From NCBI GenBank assembly GCA_035557635.1, contig DATMDR010000061.1, positions 44,730 through 108,729 on the forward strand: a DNA stretch of 64,000 nt, given 5' to 3'. The notes under the pieces were generated by a model that saw only the letters and a program-made list of their open reading frames with translations, ran no database searches and had not been told where the DNA came from. Each line of letters starts with the position of its first letter. Position 1 is the first letter of the stretch. Source of the DNA: Solirubrobacterales bacterium (GTDB lineage: Bacteria; Actinomycetota; Thermoleophilia; Solirubrobacterales; 70-9). Both the position numbers and the translations under genes were made by a program. This document shows, piece by piece, positions 56,597 through 64,000 of this stretch.

Positions 56597-57142
56597 TCAG
56601 TCGATGAAGTGCTTGGCGACGATCTGGTCGATCGTGCCCTTGGTTCGCATCGTCGAGAGGCCGAGGGCGGTCCCGATCGCCTTCAGGTCGAGCTCCGATT
56701 CCGAGATGCCGCCGCTGGGCAGCCAGTAGAGCTCGCGGCCCCTGAGCACGAGCCTGTCCTCGGCGGTGGCCAGCGAGAGCACCTGCTTGCGGGCTGCCGC
56801 GCTCGGCGCCCCGGTCAGCAACGAGACCTGGACCTTGCCCGTCGAGGCCTCGAGCTGCGTGGCGTCGAACGGCTCGTGCCTGGCGATCGCCTGCACCTGC
56901 GCCGCCGTGCGCAGGAACACCACCACCTCGTAGCCGAGCGAGTCTTCCAGCCCACCTTCCAGGCGGCGGGTGACTTCCTCCGGGTCGCTCTTCCCCTCCG
57001 TCCCGAGGATGACGTTGCCGCTGGCGCGGAAGATCGCGACGTCCACGAAGCCCATCTCCTCGCAACAGAGGCGCAGCGCGTCGTTCTTGACCCGCCGGTT
57101 GCTGATGTTGATCCCGCGCAGGAAGGCCGTATACCTGGGCAT
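56597..57142 (-). CDS. DUF1697-family protein
   Basis: MPRYTAFLRGINISNRRVKNDALR...FRASGNVIL is the characteristic DUF1697 N-terminus. Confidence 0.8.
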   Translation of the reverse strand: MPRYTAFLRGINISNRRVKNDALRLCCEEMGFVDVAIFRASGNVILGTEGKSDPEEVTRRLEGGLEDSLGYEVVVFLRTAAQVQAIARHEPFDATQLEASTGKVQVSLLTGAPSAAARKQVLSLATAEDRLVLRGRELYWLPSGGISESELDLKAIGTALGLSTMRTKGTIDQIVAKHFID

Positions 57143-57191
57143 CCACCCACCTTACGAACCCGGCCCGAAGCCTCCTGCGACGATTGGCCCG

Positions 57192-57767
57192 GTGAACGCC
57201 GACTTCACCAGCCTCCCGCCGGACCTCCCCGTCCCCGTGGACGACGGCGCCGCCGATCACCTGCCCGGATCGGTGCTGCCCGAGGGACTGGTGCTCCCTT
57301 CCACACAGGGCGGAAGCGCCGACCTGGCGGAGCTGGCCAGAGAGAGGCTCGTCGCCTACGTCTATCCGCGTACCGGAGTCCCCGGGGACCCTCTTCCCCA
57401 GGGCTGGGACGAGATCCCGGGGGCACGCGGATGCACGCCGCAGAGCTGCGCCTTTCGCGACAGCCGGGAAGAGTTCGCGCGGCTCGGTACCACTGTGGTC
57501 GGGATCAGCGCCCAAACCGCCGCCGAACAGCGGGAGTTCGCACAGCGAGAGCAGATCCCGTTCCCGCTGCTCAGCGACCCCGGCCTGCTCCTGGCAGCGG
57601 CACTGCGGCTGCCCACCTTCACGGTGGAGGAGACGACGCTCTACCGGCGCCTGACCCTCGTCGCCGAGGCCGGCGTCGTCGCCAAGGCCTTCTACCCGGT
57701 CTTTCCACCCGACCGCAACGCCGCCGAAGTGCTCGCCTTCCTCACTTCGGCGCCACCGCACCGCTAG
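57192..57767 (+). CDS. peroxiredoxin/redoxin-family thiol peroxidase
   Basis: YVYPRTG.PG....GCTPQSC..R and GISAQT..EQREFA...FPLLSDP patterns. GTG start chosen; the track ORF extends upstream antisense to the DUF1697 gene. Confidence 0.75.
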   Translation: MNADFTSLPPDLPVPVDDGAADHLPGSVLPEGLVLPSTQGGSADLAELARERLVAYVYPRTGVPGDPLPQGWDEIPGARGCTPQSCAFRDSREEFARLGTTVVGISAQTAAEQREFAQREQIPFPLLSDPGLLLAAALRLPTFTVEETTLYRRLTLVAEAGVVAKAFYPVFPPDRNAAEVLAFLTSAPPHR

Positions 57768-58578
57768 CGACAAGGGCGAGGACGAACGCCCCGAGGGCAA
57801 CCCGGTAGATGATGAAGACCGAGTAGTCGTGGCGCGCGATGTAGCGCAGCAGCCAGGAGACGGCAACGAAGGCGACGGCGAAGCTGACCAGCGTGGCGAC
57901 GATGGTCGGCCCCCAGCCGACGCCGCCGGAGATGTTGTCGAACTCGCTGACCGTCTGCAGGATCGCCGCGCCGCTCAGCGCCGGGATCGAGAGGAAGAAC
58001 GAGAGTCGGGTCACGGCGACGCGATCGATCCCGCGCAGCAGCCCGGCGGACATCGTCGCCCCCGCCCGCGAGACCCCGGGCACCAGGGCCAGGCACTGGA
58101 CGACACCGATGATCAGCGTGTCGCGCCAGGTGACGTCGGCCTCGTGCCGCTCCTGCGTGGCGCGGCTGTCGGCGAACCACATCACCCCGCTCCAAAGAAT
58201 CAGCGCGCCGCCGACGAACCAGAGGCTCCGCAGCGTCGTCTCGATCTCGTCCTTGAAGGCGAGGCCGACGATCGCGATCGGCAGCGAGCCGAGGATCACC
58301 GCCCAGCCGAAGCGGTAGTCGCCCGAGGAACGGTTGGCAGGGCTGACCAGCCCTCTCCCCCAGGCGGCGAGGATCCTGACGATGTCGTGACGGAGGTAGA
58401 GCAGCGTTGCGGCCACCGCGCCAACCTGGATGATCGCGGTGAAGGCGGTGATGTCGGGGTCGTCGGTGGAGTGGCCGAGCAGCCGCTCGAGGATGGTCAG
58501 GTGGCCGGTGCTCGAGATCGGCAGGAACTCGGTAAACCCCTCGACCGCGCCGAGGAGGATTGCTTCCCACCAGTCCAC
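57742..58578 (-). CDS. uppP: undecaprenyl-diphosphate phosphatase
   Basis: EGFTEFLPISSTGHL N-terminal motif and PGVSRAGATM motif. 278 aa. Confidence 0.93.
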   Translation of the reverse strand: MDWWEAILLGAVEGFTEFLPISSTGHLTILERLLGHSTDDPDITAFTAIIQVGAVAATLLYLRHDIVRILAAWGRGLVSPANRSSGDYRFGWAVILGSLPIAIVGLAFKDEIETTLRSLWFVGGALILWSGVMWFADSRATQERHEADVTWRDTLIIGVVQCLALVPGVSRAGATMSAGLLRGIDRVAVTRLSFFLSIPALSGAAILQTVSEFDNISGGVGWGPTIVATLVSFAVAFVAVSWLLRYIARHDYSVFIIYRVALGAFVLALVASGAVAPK

Positions 58579-58639
58579 GGCGGCAGCCTATGCGGCGAAG
58601 AGGCGAAGCCGAGCGTACCCTTCAGCAAGAGGAGATGAG

Positions 58640-58963
58640 ATGACTGAGGACAAGCCAATCGCCTGCTCCCTCGGCACGAGTGCGCTCGAGCAGAGGCTCG
58701 CCGCGATCGCCGATATCGGCGCTGACAGCCTGGTGTCCCGGGAAACCAGGGGCGATCAGCATCTGCTGCGTTTCCGGTCGAGCGACGAAATCCGTCGACG
58801 ACTCGAAGGCATCGTGGCCGCCGAGGCCGAGTGCTGTTCGTTCCTCGACCTTTCACTGACCGAGAAAGACGGGGAGCTGGCCCTCTCGATCGCCGCACCC
58901 GCGGCGGGGCAGGCGATTGCGGATGAGCTCGCCGCAACGTTCGCGACGGACCTTGGACGGTGA
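58640..58963 (+). CDS. hypothetical Cys-containing small protein
   Basis: AAGAGGAG upstream of ATG 58640. 107 aa with C9 and an ECCSF motif. No assignment. Confidence 0.5.
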   Translation: MTEDKPIACSLGTSALEQRLAAIADIGADSLVSRETRGDQHLLRFRSSDEIRRRLEGIVAAEAECCSFLDLSLTEKDGELALSIAAPAAGQAIADELAATFATDLGR

Positions 58964-58969
58964 GCTGAG

Positions 58970-59013
58970 TGGAGCTAGCCGGACTCGAACCGGCGACCTC
59001 CTGGGTGCGCTCC
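58970..59013 (-). other. tRNA 3'-half remnant (T-arm plus acceptor 3' strand), not a complete tRNA
   Basis: The minus strand reads ...GTCGCCGGTTCGAGTCCGGCTAGCTCCA: T-stem GCCGG/CCGGC, T-loop TTCGAGT, 7-nt acceptor strand plus A. No matching 5' acceptor strand or D-arm upstream. Confidence 0.6.
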
Positions 59014-59216
59014 AAGCCGGCTCGTTGAAATTACAGGCCTAAAAGGTGGCGATTTCCGGGGGATTTATCGAAGTGCCTGATGGTCACGCTCGGGGCCGAT
59101 ATGTGCGGATATGCGGCGATATGTCGGGGATTCGGGCACTCTTAGGCCCGAGTGCCCGAAATGCCGGAGGCGATTCATCCGCAGAAGCCCTAGGGCTGGC
59201 GAGAGTAAGCCCCCCG

Positions 59217-61216
59217 CTACGTGGCTGCTGGAGCCGTGTCCGTTTCGGCCATCTGCTCCGGCAGGTACTTCTCATGCGTCCTGCGGAGGTAGTCGAGGGC
59301 CTGCTCGGCATCAGGCTGGTAGTCAAGAAGGTCGCGGACGAACTTCAAGCGGTGGGCCGCGTCATCAAGTACGTCGGCCCAGGTGAGCACCCAGATTCGT
59401 AGGCCATCGGCATCCGTGATCTGGCCGTACGGCGTGTTCGTGGCTCGTCGCTCACGGTCGGTGATCCCGGTCACCTCCCCCGACACGATGATGAAATCCC
59501 AGGTGACGTCGTTCGTGTTGAACCTTGGATCGGCTGCGACTGCGTCGGCATACTTCTTGATCTGCTGGGCCTGTTCGTCACCCACCTTGACCTTTGGTGC
59601 CTTCAGCTCGATGACGAGGTGCTCGCGGCGTTTTCGCTGCTGGGAAAGCGACCGGGCAAGCATTAGGTCAACGATCGCCCGCGATCCCTCAGCGTCAAGC
59701 ACCTCATGGGAGACGTCCTGCGCCAGCTCGTCTCGGCCCAGGATGGCGAGGTGGTTCTTGAGAACCGTGGTCAGGCTGTTGTCGTCCGCCGCCAGGGCGT
59801 ACTCCTCCCCGAACACCCACGTCTCGCTGGCCAGTACCCGGTGCAGTTGCGAGCGCTCTTTGACGTGCTTGGACACGTCGCCCAGAACCAGCTCCTCCAA
59901 GCCCTTCAAGAACTCGAGCCGGTCGGTGATCTCCTTCGAGGTGGCGATCAGCGCCGTCAGCGGCGTGCGATCGAGCAGGGCACTCAGCTCTTCGAGCCGA
60001 TCCTGCTTTAGGTCGAGTACCTCGCCCAGCACCTTGTGGAGCGAGCCCGGATCGTTCTCAAGGGCCTCTCGCAGCAGCCGCAGCGACAGTCGCCGGCCTG
60101 ACTTCTCGGAGGCATTGACCGCGCCGGAGGCGGACAAAGCCACGACATCGAACACATCGCGGGCGGCTTGCTCCGCTTTGTTCTCTGGCTCACCGTCGAA
60201 GGGGTAGACGTTCTCCCTTTTCCATTCCGCGATCTGCTCGCGGGTTCTCTCTTTGGCGCGTTCCTTGAAGTACTCGCGCAGCTTGTCCCGCGCCTCCTCG
60301 ATAACGGCCTTGGAGTCGCCGGTTCCCAGGTCCGCAGCGGCAAGCGCGTTGTCTGCCTGAAGCCGGTCCAGTTGACGTAGGCGGTGAACTCGAAGCCGGG
60401 AGCCTGGATGCCCGGATGCACCTCGCCCAGAGGGGTGCCGCGCTCATCACATAGGTAAAGAGCGCGGTCGACGTGCCGGTTCCACTCGATCACGACGAGC
60501 AAGGCGGGATCGCTGCCCGCCGGGGTCGGCACCTCCAGCTCGCCTCGGTTCGTCTGCAGCTTGTCCGGCTCGACCTCGGTGCGGTCAAAGATCACGTGCG
60601 CATTGTTCGTCTGCAAGTAGAGCCCGAAAACGCCCGTCAACTTCTCGATCGGCTTCTCGCCGTTCAACCCCGCCGGCTCTTTGAGGAAGCCGTCGATCAG
60701 GACGCGGGTGCCGGTTGGCTCGTCGGTGGGCTTGGGATCGGACACCTCGACGTGGGAGAGCTGGGCGACAGTCATTTCCACGTCGAGAGCGAGGCGTCGC
60801 GACGGATTGTCGGGGTCCTCGGCCACGGTGTGCCATCGAAGCCGACCCCCCAACCCAGCGGCCAGAAACCGCCCGCGCCCGTCGCGGCCGTGGAGCGCGC
60901 GACCCCCCTTGGAGCGCTTTGCCGTCCGCTTCAACGATCCGCCGAGACGACCGAAGCCGTCGACAACTTCCTGTTGGGACATTCCGTGGCCGTTGTCTAC
61001 GACCCGGACCTCCTCGATCCCGTCCAGAGCATTGCGGCCGAACTCGATCCTGACCTCGTCGGCGTCTGCGTCCAATGCGTTCCAGATCAGCTCGATCAAG
61101 CCGGTGATCGGTTCCGTAGCGCCGAGTCGCTCCAGGTGCTGCTGGTCGAGTTTGACGTCGAAATCCACGGCGGCTGAGTCTCGCACCAATTCCGGCGGCT
61201 CGTGTCTGGGCGCCAC
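59217..61216 (-). pseudogene. GHKL (HATPase_c_3-type) ATPase with a C-terminal PD-(D/E)xK-like nuclease motif, interrupted by a frameshift near 60360-60385
   Basis: N-terminus: LIELIWNALDADADEVRI...VVDNGHGM...GRFGLG-like Bergerat motifs. The track ORF 60008-61216 turns into Arg/Ser-rich nonsense after ...YVNWTG. The frame of ORF 59217-60155 stays open upstream (…LQADNALAAADLGTGDSKAVIEEARDKLREYFKER…) back to the same point. C-terminus has IVDLML...EHLVIELKAPK. Confidence 0.7.
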
Positions 61217-61276
61217 GGCGACGGATCTCCGGCGGTGGCGTAGAGCGGCGGTGTTCCTGGGGGCTACGTTGTAGGT

Positions 61277-61699
61277 GTGTCTGTCGCAGAGCTAGCCATC
61301 GCCTCCCTTGCTGCATTCCTCGCCCTCTACGCGAGCATCGTCTTGGCCCTGTTCGTTCTGGGCCGTCGCGGCGAGTCGCGAGCGGTGGCGCGCTTCATTC
61401 CCGATTGCCTCGTTCTCCTCCGGCGACTCCTCGTCGACGATCGCGTGTCGAGAGTCCGCAAGCTCTCACTCGTCTTGATGCTCGGCTATCTGGCGCTGCC
61501 GATCGACTTGATCCCTGACTTCATCCCGGTTGCGGGCCAGCTTGACGACGCGATCCTGGTCGCCCTGACTCTGCGGTTTGTCCTGCACGGCAGCGGCCGA
61601 GAGCTGGTCGACGAGCACTGGCCCGGCCCGCCGGAGGGACTTGCCGTTGTCCAACGTTTCGCATTCGCGCCCCAAACGGATCGTCGTCAGGGTGCATAA
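61277..61699 (+). CDS. DUF1232 (YkvA-like) membrane protein
   Basis: LALPIDLIPDFIPVAGQLDDAILV is the DUF1232 signature. Confidence 0.8.
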   Translation: MSVAELAIASLAAFLALYASIVLALFVLGRRGESRAVARFIPDCLVLLRRLLVDDRVSRVRKLSLVLMLGYLALPIDLIPDFIPVAGQLDDAILVALTLRFVLHGSGRELVDEHWPGPPEGLAVVQRFAFAPQTDRRQGA

Positions 61700-61759
61700 A
61701 CAGCGCCGCGTGCGCCTTACCGCCCCGGCGGCGCGCTCTGCGGCGGCGACGTAGAGGCG

Positions 61760-63652
61760 TCAGTCTCTGCGATTGTCGAAAGCCGCCATCTCGGGGCCTT
61801 CGGAAACAACGATGACCCAACAGGGACGCTCTCCGAGCACCGTTTGCAGCGTCTTGTCGTAGCGCGGCCTCCCGTTGCGGAACTGCATGCCGACGACGAT
61901 CGCCGCTGCGTCGGACCCCGCAGCCTCGTCGGAGATCGAGTACCCCGCCTGTTCCGGTCTCACCCGCTCCACATGGCCCGTCACCCGCTGCCCACCGATC
62001 AGCTTCGCCTGCTCGATCTTCCTCCGGGCCTCTTCTTCGCGCTCGGGCAGTTTTGCGTCAAGCGGCAGGTGGGTGGGTACGGTGAGCATCGAGTGGACAT
62101 GGATGCCGCGGCGGCGTTGGGAGGCCAGCTTGACGGCGGTGGCGACCATCTGCTCGGAGAACGGCTGGTCGTCCTCGAACGCCACGAGGATGCTTCGGTA
62201 CTCGAGCTCCTCCACCCCGAGCGGCTCGGGCATCACGACCTTGACCGTCTGCCGCAGCCCGAGGCCCTGGTTGCGGCGGTAGAGCATGTAGAGCGTGAGT
62301 CCGATCAGCATCCAGGCGCCACCGATCGCCAGGGTCCTCACGTTCAACGCCATTACGACGACCCAGGCCGAGAAAGTGCCGAGACCGCCGACCAAGGCGC
62401 TCAGCGGCAGGAGGCGGCCCCGCCAGCGGAAGTTGGCCGGCGGCATCCAGGGCCGACGCCGATCGGGAAGGCGGCGGCGAAGCTGGATCACCGACACGTG
62501 CGCGACGGTGAACGAGAGCATCGCCCCGAACGAGTACATCGTGGCCAGCAGCTCGGTCTCGCCGGGAAGCACCGTCACTATCGCCACGACCGAGAAGACG
62601 ATGACCGCGATGTAGGGGGTGCCGAAGCGCGGATGGACCTGCCGCAATAGCTCGGGCAGTTGGCGATACTGCCCCATCGAGAAGGTGAGGCGCGAGAGGC
62701 CGATCAGAGCCGCGTTGGTCGCGATCACGAGGATCACGGCGGCAAGCACGCCGACGTAGACGCGCAGCACCTCGGTAAGTGCGGCGGAGAGGCCGAAGTT
62801 CTCCACAATCCCGAGGACCGGATCGTCGGCGTAGGTAGTGCCCAGCTCGGTTGTGTAGGTGCCGGTGGCATCCTGAGTGACCGGCAGGGCGGAGAGCGCG
62901 ATGATCGGCAACAGCGCGTAGATGCCGAGTACCGCCAGCACGGTGAGGCCGGTGCCGTTCGGCACCGTTCGCTCCGCGTCGCGCGCCTCCTCGGCCATGT
63001 TGGAGATCGTCTCGATGCCGGTGAAGGCGATCATCCCCACGGCGATCCCCAAGGCGAAGTTGCTCCAGGTCGGGGCGACGCCGAGCTCCACGTTCTCGAT
63101 CAGCGTCTCTGGGCTCAGCACCAAGACGACGCCGATCGCGACGAGCACGACCTGGGTCAGCAGGTCTCCCACCGCCAGGATCAGATTGAGGCGGGCCGAC
63201 TCCTTGGTCCCTTTCACGTTCAGCGCCGCCAGCAGCACGATCAGCACGATCGCGCCGACGATGTCTCCCGGACTGCTCCCGAGGGGCTCCCAGAAGACGG
63301 CCAGGTAGTGCGGCACGAAGTAGGCCGAGATCGCGACCGTGATCACGTAGTTGAGCATCTGCGCCCAGGCCGCGAAGAAGCTGACCAGCTCGTTGAAGGC
63401 GTGCCTGGCAAAGCTCGAGGAGCCGCCGGCCTCCGGGTACATCACGGTCGCCTCGATATAGGTGGCCGCGGTGCAGACGAAGATGATCCCGGCGACGAGG
63501 AAGGCGAGCGGGGTCAGGCCGAGCGCGAAGGCGGCAGTGACGCCGAGCGCGTAGTAGGGCGTCGAGCCGACGTTGCCGTAGGCAGTCGAGAACAGAGCCG
63601 AGGTGCCGTGCACTCGGCGAAGCGCCTCCTCTCGTGGGTGTCGTTCGGCCAT
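61760..63652 (-). CDS. APC-family amino acid permease with a C-terminal universal-stress-protein-like domain
   Basis: 12-TM APC core (GNVGSTPYYALG, FTGIETISNMAEE), then about 150 aa resembling USP (ILVAFEDD...VVGM). Confidence 0.85.
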   Translation of the reverse strand: MAERHPREEALRRVHGTSALFSTAYGNVGSTPYYALGVTAAFALGLTPLAFLVAGIIFVCTAATYIEATVMYPEAGGSSSFARHAFNELVSFFAAWAQMLNYVITVAISAYFVPHYLAVFWEPLGSSPGDIVGAIVLIVLLAALNVKGTKESARLNLILAVGDLLTQVVLVAIGVVLVLSPETLIENVELGVAPTWSNFALGIAVGMIAFTGIETISNMAEEARDAERTVPNGTGLTVLAVLGIYALLPIIALSALPVTQDATGTYTTELGTTYADDPVLGIVENFGLSAALTEVLRVYVGVLAAVILVIATNAALIGLSRLTFSMGQYRQLPELLRQVHPRFGTPYIAVIVFSVVAIVTVLPGETELLATMYSFGAMLSFTVAHVSVIQLRRRLPDRRRPWMPPANFRWRGRLLPLSALVGGLGTFSAWVVVMALNVRTLAIGGAWMLIGLTLYMLYRRNQGLGLRQTVKVVMPEPLGVEELEYRSILVAFEDDQPFSEQMVATAVKLASQRRRGIHVHSMLTVPTHLPLDAKLPEREEEARRKIEQAKLIGGQRVTGHVERVRPEQAGYSISDEAAGSDAAAIVVGMQFRNGRPRYDKTLQTVLGERPCWVIVVSEGPEMAAFDNRRD

Positions 63653-63762
63653 CGAAGGCGCAACCTTGGGTCGCCGGTCAGGTCGCCGGGCGATGATGGG
63701 CCTGGTCGCGTCAAGGCCGCATCAAGGAAGCGGCACCGCGCATACAGATTTCGTAAAGGCGG

Positions 63763-64000
63763 CTAGGCCACGAAGCGGTAGCCGACACCGGGATCGGTGC
63801 GGATGTAGCGAGGGCCGCCATCCGTCGGCTCGATCTTTCGACGCAGATTGGCTACGTGCGCGCGCAGCACTTGGACGTCTTCTGCGTATTGCGGACCCCA
63901 GACCTCGATAAGCAACGAGCGGTGCGTCATCAGGCGGCCCCGGTTCTGCGCAAGTGCCCGAAGCAGCTCGAACTCCGTCGGGGTCAGATGCACGGGCTCC
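63763..64000 (-). CDS. OmpR-family response regulator, 3' end only (continues past right edge)
   Basis: LTPTEFELLRALAQNRGRLMTHRSLL..VWG....DVQVLRAHVANLRRKIE...IRTDPGVGYRF trans_reg_C domain. Confidence 0.85.
   Translation of the reverse strand, partial: EPVHLTPTEFELLRALAQNRGRLMTHRSLLIEVWGPQYAEDVQVLRAHVANLRRKIEPTDGGPRYIRTDPGVGYRFVA

Noticed and set aside
58970-59046. Complete tRNA gene on the minus strand
   Set aside because: Only the T-arm and 3' acceptor strand are canonical. The putative anticodon loop lacks U33, and no D-arm or complementary 5' acceptor strand (GGAGCTA) exists upstream. It is reported as a remnant instead.

Overview
High-GC (about 70% judged by eye) chromosome segment of actinobacterial type: Rpf-like transglycosylase, gap-pgk, rapZ-uvrC, TadE-like pilins. 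Most genes lie on the minus strand.

Layout:
- 1-7.6 kb: housekeeping genes (pgk 5' end, gap, VOC protein, ABC-2 exporter pair, rapZ, uvrC, enoyl-CoA hydratase, cupredoxin lipoprotein).
- 7.65-9.4 kb: a low-GC two-gene islet of unknown function.
- 9.4-10.1 kb: a MaoC hotdog gene and an orphan VapB-like antitoxin.
- About 10.92-29.56 kb: an 18.6 kb lower-GC integrative mobilizable element (IME). It has a large serine recombinase at its right end and a MobF/TrwC relaxase-helicase, but no T4SS. It appears to have inserted inside a TadG-like/VanY(M15)/SLT cell-wall hydrolase gene. The two gene halves rejoin in frame, and the joined element ends form an attP-like imperfect palindrome.
- IME cargo: (i) a 2147-aa secreted RHS/YD polymorphic toxin with an internal six-blade NHL propeller (teneurin-like) and a short cysteine-rich C-terminal cargo, followed by two small downstream genes; (ii) two ArsR-like wHTH proteins; (iii) a SAM methyltransferase; (iv) a translationally coupled trio of a CD-NTase/SMODS-like nucleotidyltransferase, a stand-alone E2(UBC)-like protein and a 1-TM protein.
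- 30-34.6 kb: metallophosphoesterase, epimerase, Phd-VapC pair, TadE-like genes.
- 34.6-48.8 kb: a contiguous phosphate/polyphosphate supercluster (pit-DUF47-ppk1-PHP::GT4-CHAD-CHAD-ppx-phoU-pstBACS, an orphan OmpR-type DNA-binding domain, and a response regulator) with an 11-bp-phased AT-rich direct repeat upstream of pstS.
- 49-64 kb: HD protein, Rpf-like protein, purU, P450, ABC-F, MBL hydrolase, DUF1697, peroxiredoxin, uppP, a tRNA 3'-half remnant next to a frameshifted GHKL-ATPase/PD-(D/E)xK gene, DUF1232, an APC permease-USP fusion, and a response-regulator 3' end running off the window.

I rank the NTase/E2-like/1-TM trio as the best candidate for an undescribed or poorly described system. 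It looks like an E2-only CBASS-like module with an unrecognisable effector.

All functional calls rest on motif reading of the supplied translations. No database search was possible. The ORF track renders alternative start codons as M (confirmed for GTG at 60155 and TTG at 26593), so several starts are uncertain.
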